Shown here piece after piece: positions 9,882-20,462 of a stretch of DNA of 64,000 nucleotides. This stretch comes from Bdellovibrionales bacterium (GTDB lineage: Bacteria > Bdellovibrionota > Bdellovibrionia > Bdellovibrionales > UBA1609). The translations under genes were made by a program, and so were the position numbers. The notes under the pieces are model-generated. The model saw nothing but the letters and a program-made list of their open reading frames with translations, was not told the DNA's origin and ran no database searches. Location: the NCBI GenBank assembly GCA_014323935.1, contig JACOND010000009.1, forward strand, positions 7,469 through 71,468. The letters run 5' to 3'. How positions within the stretch are numbered: position 1 is the first letter of the stretch; every line of letters starts with the position of its first letter.

Positions 9882-10934
9882 ATGAAAAAGATTTTTATTT
9901 TTGCAATCTTATCTTCTTTTGTTTCTTGTTCTAATTTTAGCTACTTACTGACGTCTGGAAAAGAGCAGTTAAAAATAAATTTCAATAAAATTCCTATTGA
10001 AAAAGCTCTACAAGAATACGATTTTACTGAAGAAGAAAAAAAGAAATTAAACTTGGTTTCTGAAATAAAAGATTATGCAAAAAACACTCTAGAAATGGAT
10101 ATTGACGAGACTATCTATTCTTCTTATTTAGAACTCAATGACATTTATGTCACTTATCTTTTAAGAGTCTCTCTCGCTTATGAATTAAAAGCTTATACTT
10201 GGTATTTTCCTATTACAGGCTCTGTTCCCTATAAAGGTTTTTTTGATAAAAAAGAGGCTCTCAAAGAAGCTAAAAGTTTTCCTGAAGAAAAATACGATAT
10301 TTATATAAGAGGTGTCACAGCCTACAGCACTTTAGGATGGTTTGAAGACCCTATTTTATCAAGCATGCTCAGATATGAGGAAGTAGATTTTACAACAATG
10401 ATTTTTCATGAATTAGCTCACACGGTTTTATTTTTTAAAAACAACGTCAACTTTAACGAAAGATTTGCAGAATTTATAGGAAGAAAAGCCAGTCTTCTCT
10501 TTTATACAAAAAAAGAAGGAGAAAATTCTGAAAAAGTTAAAGACATGTTAATCTCTTGGAAAGAGGAATTGCTTTTTTCTAGTTTTATGGTTAAGGAATA
10601 TGAAAATCTAAATAAATGGTATAAAAAAAACAAAGGTCAAATCACAAAGGAAAAAAAACAAAAAAGAATTCAAGAGATTCAAACACGTTTTTTAACTCAA
10701 ATTCAACCTCAATTTCAAACCAACAAGTATGATTATTTCCCAAAAATCAAATTAAATAATGCCAAACTTTTATCTTACAGATCTTACAATTTTAATATGG
10801 AAGAATTTGAAAAGCTTTTTAACTCCCCTGAAATCAATCAAAACATTAAAGCTTTTATCGACTATTGTTTTAAATTTAAGTCCGAAGAGAATCCAGAAAA
10901 AGCCTTAAGTCAAGAAATTAACAAGCTCTCTTAA
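9882..10934 (+). CDS. putative zinc aminopeptidase lipoprotein
   Basis: Lipobox FVSC, W.FPITGSVPYKGFF, AYSTLGWFEDP, HELAH and FNERFAEF; promoter-like TGGACG-17-TATATT at 9842-9870. Confidence 0.85.
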   Translation: MKKIFIFAILSSFVSCSNFSYLLTSGKEQLKINFNKIPIEKALQEYDFTEEEKKKLNLVSEIKDYAKNTLEMDIDETIYSSYLELNDIYVTYLLRVSLAYELKAYTWYFPITGSVPYKGFFDKKEALKEAKSFPEEKYDIYIRGVTAYSTLGWFEDPILSSMLRYEEVDFTTMIFHELAHTVLFFKNNVNFNERFAEFIGRKASLLFYTKKEGENSEKVKDMLISWKEELLFSSFMVKEYENLNKWYKKNKGQITKEKKQKRIQEIQTRFLTQIQPQFQTNKYDYFPKIKLNNAKLLSYRSYNFNMEEFEKLFNSPEINQNIKAFIDYCFKFKSEENPEKALSQEINKLS

Positions 10935-10958
10935 AAAAGTTAAAACCAGCAAAAGTCT

Positions 10959-12068
10959 TTATTTTATATCTAAAGATACATTTTCTACAATACTGAGACC
11001 ATAGCCTTTTAAACCCACCTTTTTAGAAGCCTTATTTGTAATTAACTTGATCTTTTTGATTCCAAGAGCTCTTAAAATCTGAGCTCCAATTCCATAATCT
11101 CTTTCATCTGATTTTAAAAACAAAGAGTTATTTTTTTTATTTTTGTGATAATCTACATATTTAGATAAGTTGTTTTGCATTCTGAGATAAACCAAAACCC
11201 CTGAACCTTCTTGATTGATAAGAGAGATAGATTTTCTTAAATAATCTCCGGTTGGTAAAAGTTGATCTTTAAACAAATCTCCCGTTAAACAAGATATCTG
11301 CATGCGAACTAAAACTGTTTTTTCAGAACTGATATCTCCTTTTATACAAACTAAATGTTCTTTGTTATTGACAGAATCGTAAAAAACAGCTAATTTCCAG
11401 TCTTTTCCCAGTCCTGTTTGAAAAGGGGCATAAGCTTTTTGTTCAACAAGAGAGTCATGAGCCATTCTATATTGAATCAAAGATTCAATAGTCCCTATTT
11501 TAAATTTATGCTTTTTAGAAAAATCTATAAGTTCTTTAATCCGTGCCATAGTTCCATCTGAATTGACAATTTCACATATAATAGCTGAAGGAGTTAAGCC
11601 TGCTAATTTACAAAAATCAACACTTGCTTCGGTATGTCCCGCTCTTTTTAAAACGCCCCCTTCTTGAGCTTTTATAGGGAAAATATGACCAGGACTAATG
11701 ATATCTTCGGGCTTAGAATGAGGATGACATAAAATTTGAATCGTTTGAGCTCTATCCCTAGCAGAAATCCCTGTTGAAACCCCTCGAGCCGCTTCTACAC
11801 TTACTGTAAAAGCTGTTTTATGAGGAGAAAAATTATCTTCCGGTCTCACCATTAAGGGGAGAGAAAGTTTTTTGGCTTGAGCTTGAGTTATAGAAACACA
11901 AATTAATCCCCTTGCAAACTTGCTCATAAAATTAATCGCTTCAGGACTTACAAAATCAGAGGCAATGATAAGATCTCCTTCGTTTTCACGAGCTTCATCA
12001 TCTACAAGAATAACAAAATGACCTTGCTTCAGTTCTTCTACAATCTCTTCAACAGAATGAAAACACAT
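10959..12068 (-). CDS. ribB: 3,4-dihydroxy-2-butanone-4-phosphate synthase with degenerate GTP cyclohydrolase II domain (RibBX type)
   Basis: DDEARENEGD, AFTVSVEA, PGHIFP and RAGHTEA are present; the C-terminal domain lacks the CDC zinc ligands. Confidence 0.9.
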   Translation of the reverse strand: MCFHSVEEIVEELKQGHFVILVDDEARENEGDLIIASDFVSPEAINFMSKFARGLICVSITQAQAKKLSLPLMVRPEDNFSPHKTAFTVSVEAARGVSTGISARDRAQTIQILCHPHSKPEDIISPGHIFPIKAQEGGVLKRAGHTEASVDFCKLAGLTPSAIICEIVNSDGTMARIKELIDFSKKHKFKIGTIESLIQYRMAHDSLVEQKAYAPFQTGLGKDWKLAVFYDSVNNKEHLVCIKGDISSEKTVLVRMQISCLTGDLFKDQLLPTGDYLRKSISLINQEGSGVLVYLRMQNNLSKYVDYHKNKKNNSLFLKSDERDYGIGAQILRALGIKKIKLITNKASKKVGLKGYGLSIVENVSLDIK

Positions 12069-12114
12069 AATCTTAACAATTGCTTCTTAAACTTGAATTT
12101 CAAAATCTCCGGGC

Positions 12115-12585
12115 TTAACTTGAAATATTTAATTTCTTTTTTAATTCCAATTCCCTTAAAATATGATAAAATAAAGCAGTCTCTTCTAGATAATCGGAAG
12201 GAAGCTCTTCTTTTTTAGAAATGAATCCTTTTTGTCTATAAATTTTTTTAGAAATTGTAACAGTTGAAATAGGTTCTTTATAATTTAAATGAGCTTTAAT
12301 GATATAACTATAACCATAAAAGTTCTGATCTTCTTCATGAGGAGCTTTCCAAAATCTATCCCCTTTCATTTCCTCTGTTTCAATATAAGCCAAATGAGGA
12401 TCTATTGTTTTTAAAGGATAAGCTTTAAAAACTTTAACCATAGTTTTCCATGCAATATCTTCATTCACCACAAAAGACATTCTATCTTCTTCTTTTTTTA
12501 AATTCGAACAAGAAAAAAAGAGGAAGCAAACTAAAAGAAAGCTTACATTTTTTTTGAAATTCATTTCAAAAAAAATGTAATACAT
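12115..12585 (-). CDS. hypothetical lipoprotein
   Basis: Lipobox FFSC after a hydrophobic stretch. Confidence 0.7.
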   Translation of the reverse strand: MYYIFFEMNFKKNVSFLLVCFLFFSCSNLKKEEDRMSFVVNEDIAWKTMVKVFKAYPLKTIDPHLAYIETEEMKGDRFWKAPHEEDQNFYGYSYIIKAHLNYKEPISTVTISKKIYRQKGFISKKEELPSDYLEETALFYHILRELELKKKLNISS

Positions 12586-12715
12586 TTATCTAAAAATGTC
12601 CAGATAAAGAAAAACTTTAGTTTTAAATAGATTTCTATTAAAAATTTTGTTAAGTTTTTTAGTAAAAGATTTAACTCGTAGAAAAGATATGTGTCAATTG
12701 TTAAAAAAGTATTAC

Positions 12716-12792
12716 GGCGGGGTAGCTCAGTTGGTTAGAGCAGTGGAATCATAATCCATGTGTCGGGGGTTCAAATCCCTCCCTCGCTACCA
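12716..12792 (+). tRNA. tRNA-Met(CAT), elongator type
   Basis: GGCGGGG acceptor stem, TAGCTCAGTTGGTTAGAGC D arm, GTGGA-ATCATAA-TCCAT anticodon arm, GGTTCAAATCC T loop and encoded CCA. Confidence 0.95.
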
Positions 12793-12817
12793 TTTTACAA
12801 AGTAAGGATTTAAAAAC

Positions 12818-13771
12818 ATGAGTTCTTTTCATTTCCACGGAATTCTTCTTATTAACAAAGAGAGAGAGTGTTCGAGTCACGACGTGGTTTATGAGGTTCG
12901 AAAAATTTTAAAACAAAAATCCATAGGCCATACAGGAACCTTAGATCCTATGGCAAGGGGACTTCTGGTTTTACTCTGTGGTTCCGCTACAAAATTAAGT
13001 TCTTTTTTCCTGAATCAAAACAAAAGATATCTGCTGAGTTTGAAATTTGGGCTGGAAACAAACAGCTTTGATCTCAAAGGTCAGATTCTCAAATCAGAAG
13101 CTGTATCCCTAAAAAAAGAAACAATCATTTCCGTTATAACTCAAGAGACAAAAGATCTAGAACTTCCTGTTCCTATTTTCTCAGCTGTAAAAATAAAAGG
13201 CCGTCCCCTTTATAAATATGCTTTAAAAAAACAAACACATCTAGCTCTTCCTGTTAAAAAAATGTCTTTTTGGAATCTCGATATCCATGAAGTTCAAAAA
13301 GACAGTGTGAGTTTAAGTGTTTCTTGTTCAAAGGGATCTTATATCAGATCTTGGGTTCATCACTTAGGTCAGAAAATTCAAACAGGGGCTTGTCTTACAA
13401 AACTTTATCGAGTCCGTTCAGGAGACTTTCAATTAAAAAATAGTATAAAACTCCCCGATTTAAAAAAAACTCTCTCAAAGAATTCTCCTAAAAATGAACA
13501 GGAATTAAAACAGCTTCTAGGAAACAGTTTTTTATTTTCTCATCCCGCACTCAAACAGATGCCTTATATTGAACTGACAAAAAAACATCTTCAACTTTTA
13601 AAACAGGGACGACTCGATTCTTATCTTATTACAGAAAGTCAAATCCATCAGATTCAAACCAATAAAAAAGGTCAAAAACAAATTATAAAAGCGGTAAGAG
13701 ACAACAGGGTGTTTGCACTTTTAGAACTTAGACCTTTTAAAAAAATAAGAATCTTAAGAAATCTCTATTAA
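12818..13771 (+). CDS. truB: tRNA pseudouridine(55) synthase
   Basis: GHTGTLDPMARG catalytic motif, PIFSAVKIKGRPLY and CSKGSYIRS. Confidence 0.95.
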   Translation: MSSFHFHGILLINKERECSSHDVVYEVRKILKQKSIGHTGTLDPMARGLLVLLCGSATKLSSFFLNQNKRYLLSLKFGLETNSFDLKGQILKSEAVSLKKETIISVITQETKDLELPVPIFSAVKIKGRPLYKYALKKQTHLALPVKKMSFWNLDIHEVQKDSVSLSVSCSKGSYIRSWVHHLGQKIQTGACLTKLYRVRSGDFQLKNSIKLPDLKKTLSKNSPKNEQELKQLLGNSFLFSHPALKQMPYIELTKKHLQLLKQGRLDSYLITESQIHQIQTNKKGQKQIIKAVRDNRVFALLELRPFKKIRILRNLY

Positions 13772-15249
13772 AGTTTCCTCCAACTTAAAGTACTGACATA
13801 GAGTTCAGGTAAAACTTCAGACCAGTTTGTATTTCTTATTTTATCCAAGCTATCCATATATAAAATAAAGTATTTCCTCTGGATTTTTAACTCTTCTTTT
13901 GAAAAAGAAATTTTATAAAGATATCTTTTATAATGACTCAAAACCTGATTGACCCTTTTCACCTTAATCTTCCAAACATAACCGTAACTTTTCCCATATT
14001 TTTCTGACCAGTTAAATTCAGATATTTTTTTATTAAAAATATCAAACCTCTTGGTTAATTTTTCTTTAAATTCATCCTCTAAAATATTTATATTCAAATA
14101 AATAGGTTTATGAACGGGGTGAGACGTCACGAGAGCAGTATAGTTTTGATCGGATCTTTTAAAATTCCATTCCATGAGTTTTTGAAGAAAAAAAGGAAAG
14201 TGCCAAATATTTAAAACACTTATAGAAGAAGCAAAGGTAACACTAAAGGGAGCTTCTATAGAGTTAAACCGATTTAAATTTTTTTTAATTGAACTCCACT
14301 TGCTAGGATAACGAATAAAGTCATTTATTTTTCCAAAGCCATCTACACTAGCTAAGACCTTAACAAGTTTAAAGTGTTTCCATATCTCCCAAGCTCTCTT
14401 AGGGATTTGTGTTACATTACTATTGTATTCTAATTCTATTTTGTAAGAAACAGATTCTTCAATACATTTTTGAAGAAAATCAAAATGAGCTTTTATTAAA
14501 AAAGGCTCTCCCCCTACGATATATAATCTTCTTATAGTCTTTATATGCTTTTCCATTTGTGACCAAAAATGAGAATTTTCACTCCAATTGTAAATATCTT
14601 TTTTTATCTTCCAAACCTTTCCTTTTTTATAAAGTTGATTTTTGATTCCAGAATCATAGAAATAATTCTGTTTGTCTAAAAAAGAAATATCTTCATACCA
14701 TTTATTACTCTCTGTAGGACCACACATAATACATTTTAAATTACACAAGTTTCCAAAACGGATATCTAAAAAAGAAGCTGGAAAATCGCTAATTGAAAGA
14801 CTGCCATCTTTTTTTGTTTTATTTTTAGCTTTAAGGTAGGAAGGATAATCTTCTAAGGACTCAATATTAGTCGCCAAGTTTTTTCTTTCATATATATTTC
14901 GTGATTTCATCCCTAATTCATACTCTCTTTGACACCGGATGCACTCTTTAGACCACTTCCCTTGCAACATATTTTTACGAATCTTTTTCATTTTCGAACT
15001 GTTCATAAGCTCGCTCCAATGAGCCGATGAGACGTGAAACGCTTTTTTCTTTTCATCTTTTAAAATTCCTTCCCCTTCACTGACATTACTATGACAGCAA
15101 ACTCTATAAAAACCATTATTCCTAATACTAATATGCGACCAAGGCAAAGGACACCAAGAGGCAGGAGCTCCTTTATTGGATTTCATTTTCTCATCAAAGC
15201 TATTTTTTAGCATATCCTTATAACTTACATTTTTTTCTTGTAAAGACAA
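13768..15249 (-). CDS. radical SAM protein with N-terminal twitch domain (paralog 1; the true start may be a downstream ATG)
   Basis: CPLPW..CC..CIRC N-terminal cluster, CNLKCIMC, GGEPF and IRYPSKW. Confidence 0.88.
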   Translation of the reverse strand: MSLQEKNVSYKDMLKNSFDEKMKSNKGAPASWCPLPWSHISIRNNGFYRVCCHSNVSEGEGILKDEKKKAFHVSSAHWSELMNSSKMKKIRKNMLQGKWSKECIRCQREYELGMKSRNIYERKNLATNIESLEDYPSYLKAKNKTKKDGSLSISDFPASFLDIRFGNLCNLKCIMCGPTESNKWYEDISFLDKQNYFYDSGIKNQLYKKGKVWKIKKDIYNWSENSHFWSQMEKHIKTIRRLYIVGGEPFLIKAHFDFLQKCIEESVSYKIELEYNSNVTQIPKRAWEIWKHFKLVKVLASVDGFGKINDFIRYPSKWSSIKKNLNRFNSIEAPFSVTFASSISVLNIWHFPFFLQKLMEWNFKRSDQNYTALVTSHPVHKPIYLNINILEDEFKEKLTKRFDIFNKKISEFNWSEKYGKSYGYVWKIKVKRVNQVLSHYKRYLYKISFSKEELKIQRKYFILYMDSLDKIRNTNWSEVLPELYVSTLSWRKL

Positions 15250-15314
15250 TAAAAAAACAATTCTAAAGAACTTTTAAAAATGTTATTTTTATCTACATTC
15301 AAAATATTTTTTTC

Positions 15315-15343
15315 TTGAATCCCCTAAAAAATATTTTTATAAA
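15315..15343 (+). promoter_or_regulatory. sigma70-like promoter ending 6 nt before the thiolase ATG
   Basis: TTGAAT-17 nt-TATAAA with no Shine-Dalgarno sequence. Confidence 0.5.
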
Positions 15344-15349
15344 AAAGAT

Positions 15350-16531
15350 ATGTCTGTTTATATTCTTTCTGCAAAAAGAACAGCCCTTGGTAAATTTAAA
15401 GGCTCCTTATCTCAAATTCCTGCAACAAAACTCGGTTCCTTAACTATAAAATCTATTTTAAAAGAACAAAAAGATAAAATTCATCCTAAGGACATAGGAG
15501 AATGTATTGTAGGACAGGTTTTAACGGCAGGATCGGGTCAAGCCCCGGCCCGGCAAACCGCTTTAGGAGCTGATTTAGAATCTTCAACACACTGTCTAAC
15601 TATTAATAAAGTCTGTGGTTCTGGTCTCAAAGCGGTCCAGATGGCCTCTGATTCCATTGAACTCAATCGCTCTCATTTAGCTCTTGCCGGGGGACAAGAA
15701 AATATGAGTCTTGCACCTCATATTTTAAAAAACTCTCGGTTAGGAATGATTCATTTAGGAGATTGCTTTTTGACCGACAGTCTTTTAGAAGACGGCTTAA
15801 TCAATCCTTTTGATCATAAACATATGGGATATCTGGCTGAACTCTGTGTTAAAAAATACTGTTTGAGTAAAGGTCAACAAGATCATTTTGCAAAACAAAG
15901 TTTTAAAAAAGCTCTGCAAGCTCAAGGCAAAGGAGCTTTTAAAAATGAGATCACTCCTATTTTTTTAAAAACAAAAAAAGAAGAAATTATCTTCAATCAA
16001 GACGAACAAGTCTGTCAAAAAGATCTAGACCGAATTGACACCGCTCGAGCCGTTTTTAAAAAAGAAGGTAGCATCACAGCAGGTAATGCCAGTAAAATTA
16101 ATGATGGAGCTTCTTTTTTACTTTTAGCAAGTGAAAAAATTGTAAAAGAAAAAAAATTAAAACCTATAGCTCGCATTTTAGGTCAAAGTGTATTTGCTCA
16201 TGACCCCCATTGGTTTACAACCGCTCCCATTCATTCCATTCGTAAACTCTTAAAAAGCACGGGCTTAAAAGTAGAAGATGTAGATTTATTTGAAGTGAAT
16301 GAAGCTTTTAGTGCTGTGGCTTTAGCCATCGCTCAAGAAATTCCCATTCCTTTAGAAAAACTTAACGTCCATGGAGGAGCTGTGGCTTTAGGACATCCTA
16401 TTGGAGCAAGTGGTGCTAGAATTTTAACAACCCTCTTACATGCTTTAAAAACTCATAGCAAAAAAATAGGTTTAGCCTCTATCTGTTTAGGAGGAGGAGA
16501 AGCCTGCTCTCTAGCTGTTGAAAGACTCTAA
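15350..16531 (+). CDS. atoB: acetyl-CoA C-acetyltransferase (thiolase)
   Basis: TINKVCGSG, NEAF, GHPIGASGARI and CLGGG. Confidence 0.93.
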   Translation: MSVYILSAKRTALGKFKGSLSQIPATKLGSLTIKSILKEQKDKIHPKDIGECIVGQVLTAGSGQAPARQTALGADLESSTHCLTINKVCGSGLKAVQMASDSIELNRSHLALAGGQENMSLAPHILKNSRLGMIHLGDCFLTDSLLEDGLINPFDHKHMGYLAELCVKKYCLSKGQQDHFAKQSFKKALQAQGKGAFKNEITPIFLKTKKEEIIFNQDEQVCQKDLDRIDTARAVFKKEGSITAGNASKINDGASFLLLASEKIVKEKKLKPIARILGQSVFAHDPHWFTTAPIHSIRKLLKSTGLKVEDVDLFEVNEAFSAVALAIAQEIPIPLEKLNVHGGAVALGHPIGASGARILTTLLHALKTHSKKIGLASICLGGGEACSLAVERL

Positions 16532-16535
16532 TGTC

Positions 16536-17813
16536 TTAAACAAATAAAGTTTCAAGCTCTGGTAGAACCTTTAAAACCGATTGATTTCTCAACAAATCAT
16601 GTTTTTTTGTCATTTTCACAAAGTCTTTCAATTTATCCTCATCAGAAACCGTTGTAATCATTTTACAAAAATCTTTTAAAGATTGTATACTTCGTTTTGT
16701 CCAATTTTCATGAGAAGAATTGTAGTTTAGAAAAAAATCTTCATTTTTGTAAATGTTATCTAAAATTCTCTCAGAAGCTAACTCCCTTAATTTCTGAGGC
16801 AGGATAGAAGGAGAACACCACTCAGGAATCTTAACCCAGATAAAAAAAGGAAAACGAGTTAAGGTCTTAAATTTTTCAAACCTTAGAAAATCTAAGAGAT
16901 CGGGAAGTTTAAGAATATTATAAGCTTGTAAAGTCGTATGAATATAAAGCTCTAAATTCTTTCCCTCATTAGCTAAATTATCAAGAAAATAAATATTTTT
17001 TACTTGTTTCTCCCACCGAGAAGGATAACGAATATAATTATTCAAATCTCCATAAGCTTCCACAGAACAGTTAAAACAAATTTTTTGAAAGTGCTTCCAA
17101 ATTTGAACCAATTTTTTAGGAATAAATGTTTGATTTGAGTTATAACTGAGTTGAATATGCCCTGCATGTCCTTCTTCTACAATCATTTCTAAAATATTGA
17201 TATGCTCTTTAACTAACATAGGTTCTCCCCCTGTTAGAAAAATATTACGAACATGGGGTAAAGCCTCTCGAATCATTTTAAAAGTACTTTTATAAGAAAA
17301 ATATCTGTCTTCAAATATTCTTTGAGAGGTCCTTTCAGAAAAAGAGATTCCCATTTTTTTCCAATCGGAACTGATAAGATAGGAAGAATAAGGACTGCAC
17401 ATACGACATTTAAGATTACAGTGATTTCCTAGAGCCATATCTATATAAGTAATTTTAGGATGAGAAATAAAACCGTCTTTGTCTGTATTTCGAATCATAT
17501 CATCAATTTCACTTTCATACTCTTTAAGAAATTGATTTCTTATACTTTGCACTCCATTTTCTTCTTGTTGAAAACAGTACTTACAGTGAGAGACTTTTTC
17601 TCCTTTTAACATTTTTAATCTCACTTCTCTATAGGACTTTGAATTAAAATATTCATAAAGGCTTTTAGAATTTTTCCAAGTAAGATTGTCTCCTGTTTTG
17701 TCCTCTTTTAAAAGTTCATAGCCATCACAACAAATCCGCCCTAGACCTTTTTGATTCGAACTGATATGAGTAAAAGGCAAAGGACAAAAAGTTTTAAGTT
17801 TATTAAATCTCAT
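16536..17813 (-). CDS. radical SAM protein with N-terminal twitch domain (paralog 2)
   Basis: CPLPF..CC..CKYC, CNLKCRMC, GGEPM and IRYPSRW; AGGAG RBS upstream. Confidence 0.9.
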   Translation of the reverse strand: MRFNKLKTFCPLPFTHISSNQKGLGRICCDGYELLKEDKTGDNLTWKNSKSLYEYFNSKSYREVRLKMLKGEKVSHCKYCFQQEENGVQSIRNQFLKEYESEIDDMIRNTDKDGFISHPKITYIDMALGNHCNLKCRMCSPYSSYLISSDWKKMGISFSERTSQRIFEDRYFSYKSTFKMIREALPHVRNIFLTGGEPMLVKEHINILEMIVEEGHAGHIQLSYNSNQTFIPKKLVQIWKHFQKICFNCSVEAYGDLNNYIRYPSRWEKQVKNIYFLDNLANEGKNLELYIHTTLQAYNILKLPDLLDFLRFEKFKTLTRFPFFIWVKIPEWCSPSILPQKLRELASERILDNIYKNEDFFLNYNSSHENWTKRSIQSLKDFCKMITTVSDEDKLKDFVKMTKKHDLLRNQSVLKVLPELETLFV

Positions 17814-17822
17814 ATAAGCTCC

Positions 17823-19106
17823 TTAATTTAACCATGTTTTATCTTCATTGAGTAATCTTGTGAGTTCTGGAAAAGTTTTAGAAAAATCAGTGCCTCTCGA
17901 TTGATCTAAACTTTGAATATAATCATAAAAGACAGGTAACTGATGACTTTTATCTTGTTGATTCATAAAATCAACAATAGTTTTAAATCGATTGCTTTTT
18001 GAAGGAAAAGTGTTACAAATATTTTCAAATTTTTTAGTTACAAGGTCCTTAACTTTTAAAGGAAGAAGCTGACAAGATAAAAAATAAGGATGATGAACCA
18101 CTTCTGTATGAACCAAGTCCTCATAATAAGCATGAACTTTCTTAAATTTCTTATTCATGATATAGTTGATAAATTCCTCAAAATAAAAAATATTTTTTAT
18201 CTGTAGAGTACACAAAATCATAGGATGCACATTTGGATGAGACTTTTTATCAATCAATTCTAAATTCTTTTCAATCCGGCTCCAAGAACAAGGATATCTA
18301 ATATAGTAATTCTTATCTCCTAAAGCATCTAAACTAATAAAGACCATAACGGATTCAAAATATTTCCACTTATCAAACAAATTTCTATCGAGTAAAGTCC
18401 CATTGGTATGATAATGAAGAGAGATATGATGAGCTTGTTTCTTTTTAATACATTCTTCTAAAAACCAATGATGCTCTTTAATTAAAAGAGGCTCTCCTCC
18501 CGCAATGGTCACTCTTTTTAAAAAAGGAATTTTTGAAGACAGATCTTTTTTAATGTCTTCTCTTTCATACCAAAACAGAGATTCTTTTTTTAAAGAGTTC
18601 TTTTTCATTTCAATCCAAGCCTTTAAATCTAATGTTTTGACATGTTTATCTATGTTATAAAGAGAATTTTCCCAGCGAATCGATTCTTGAGGACCACACA
18701 TACTGCACTCTAAGTTACATTTATTTCCAAGTCTAAGATCTAAATAAATAGGCTCTGAAGAAAAGTATCCTCTTTTATCGGTCTTATTTTTAAATTCAGA
18801 AAAAGAATAATAATCTTTCCAATACTTATTAGAACGAACTCTATGAGAGGCTATATTCACCTTCTCTTCCTCATAGCATCTTTTACAAACAGAAGACGAC
18901 TTTCCTTGAAGCATCTTTTTTCTTAATCCTCTTAAAGCTTTGGAATTCCAAACCTTTGAAAAGTTTGTGACATTGAGATTCTCACCCAATCCTTCCCCCA
19001 CACAACAAGGAGTCACCTCTCCTCCCGCTCTTGTAGCTATATGAATCCAAGGTAAAACACAAAATGTAGAAGAAATCTCTTGTTTTATACTTTTTAACTT
19101 TTCCAT
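17823..19106 (-). CDS. radical SAM protein with N-terminal twitch domain (paralog 3)
   Basis: CVLPW..CC..CKRC, CNLECSMC, GGEPL and IRYPCSW. Confidence 0.9.
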   Translation of the reverse strand: MEKLKSIKQEISSTFCVLPWIHIATRAGGEVTPCCVGEGLGENLNVTNFSKVWNSKALRGLRKKMLQGKSSSVCKRCYEEEKVNIASHRVRSNKYWKDYYSFSEFKNKTDKRGYFSSEPIYLDLRLGNKCNLECSMCGPQESIRWENSLYNIDKHVKTLDLKAWIEMKKNSLKKESLFWYEREDIKKDLSSKIPFLKRVTIAGGEPLLIKEHHWFLEECIKKKQAHHISLHYHTNGTLLDRNLFDKWKYFESVMVFISLDALGDKNYYIRYPCSWSRIEKNLELIDKKSHPNVHPMILCTLQIKNIFYFEEFINYIMNKKFKKVHAYYEDLVHTEVVHHPYFLSCQLLPLKVKDLVTKKFENICNTFPSKSNRFKTIVDFMNQQDKSHQLPVFYDYIQSLDQSRGTDFSKTFPELTRLLNEDKTWLN

Positions 19107-20404
19107 CTTCCATCCTTATTTAATAATTCATTCAGCTCCCCAAAGCTTTTTGAAAAATCATTAGACCTCTTTCGATCTAAAATCGATGTGTACCTGAAAA
19201 AATTTCTTAAATGTTTACTTAAATCCTTTTTTTCTTCCTTTCTTAAAACATTCTTTATAGAACTAAGAGTATTAAAGAAAAAATCATTTTTTTTCTTATA
19301 CTTTCTTTCATAAGAAGTGATTCTTGATAAAGCTTGTTCTTTTATACTCGATGGTAAATTTTCAATATCAAAATACTCAGGCCCTGTACACATAATCAAA
19401 CTCATGTCTATATTTACTTTATAGTTTTTTTCTATCCGGTCTCTCCAATCAAAAATATCAACTAAATTTAAGATATTGTAAACTTGAACAACGGGACTCA
19501 AGTAAAAAAGGCATTTCCTGGTTCGATTCTTTACCAATTTTATAACATTATTTTCGATTTCCTTCCATTTAGAAGGGTATCTTATGTACTCCTGAACTTC
19601 TTTATAACCATCAATACTTAAAGTGATGGTTACTGATTTAAAATGAGAAAAAGTGTTTATCAGTTTATCAGGAACTTGAGTGCAGTTAAGATTAAATATT
19701 AAATCAATATTTTTTGCAAAATCTTTTTCTTGCAAATAATTAATAAATTTCCAATTCTCTTTAATTAAAGTAGGTTCTCCTCCTGTAAAATAAAGTTGTC
19801 TGAGTGAAGGAGTCCAATCTAAAATACTTTTCCAAAGGGATTCCTTTTTATACCAATTATGAAACTCTTTTTCATCCCCTTTAAAAAAATCCTCATTAAT
19901 TAAATCTTTAAAACCAGAATCCGTTTTCAATAACTCTTTTTGCTCTTTATAGATTTTTGAGCTATTTCCTGGATTACACATACGGCAAGATAAATTACAT
20001 AAATTGCCAGGACGAATATCTAAATACAAAGGATTTTCTTCAACTCTATAATCGTTTTGACGACTTTGATTGACCCTTTTTAAAATTTCTTTTCCATAGT
20101 TTGAAAAAAGCCATTGCTTATTAAAAGACTGTCTATAGGAAATGCGACCTATGCTCTCTTGGTAATAGCAGTGATCACAAGATGAGATCGACTCTCCTTG
20201 AAGCATTTTTTTTCTAACTTCTCTAAGACCTTCACTGTTCCAATAGTCTTTCAAATTATCTTTAGAACAGTCATAAGCGACTCCTTTACTGTCAAGAACT
20301 GCCGAACTCGCAATACAACAAAGCTTCAAATGTTTCGTAGGTCCTACAATGAGTTCTATCCAAGGATAAACACAAAAGGTCCGAGAAATTTCTTTATTTT
20401 CCAT
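19094..20404 (-). CDS. radical SAM protein with N-terminal twitch domain (paralog 4; ORF track extends to 20491, ATG 20404 preferred)
   Basis: CVYPW..CC..CDHC, CNLSCRMC, GGEPT and IRYPSKW; purine-rich AGAAGGGA precedes ATG 20404. Confidence 0.9.
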   Translation of the reverse strand: MENKEISRTFCVYPWIELIVGPTKHLKLCCIASSAVLDSKGVAYDCSKDNLKDYWNSEGLREVRKKMLQGESISSCDHCYYQESIGRISYRQSFNKQWLFSNYGKEILKRVNQSRQNDYRVEENPLYLDIRPGNLCNLSCRMCNPGNSSKIYKEQKELLKTDSGFKDLINEDFFKGDEKEFHNWYKKESLWKSILDWTPSLRQLYFTGGEPTLIKENWKFINYLQEKDFAKNIDLIFNLNCTQVPDKLINTFSHFKSVTITLSIDGYKEVQEYIRYPSKWKEIENNVIKLVKNRTRKCLFYLSPVVQVYNILNLVDIFDWRDRIEKNYKVNIDMSLIMCTGPEYFDIENLPSSIKEQALSRITSYERKYKKKNDFFFNTLSSIKNVLRKEEKKDLSKHLRNFFRYTSILDRKRSNDFSKSFGELNELLNKDGRWKS

Positions 20405-20462
20405 TTCCCTTCTCATTTCATATTCACTTAAATTATACATAGACTTACAAGTCAAACAGATT

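Noticed and set aside
12716-12817. tRNA-Met as an integration site
   Set aside because: No duplicated tRNA 3' end or integrase was seen, and truB follows directly.
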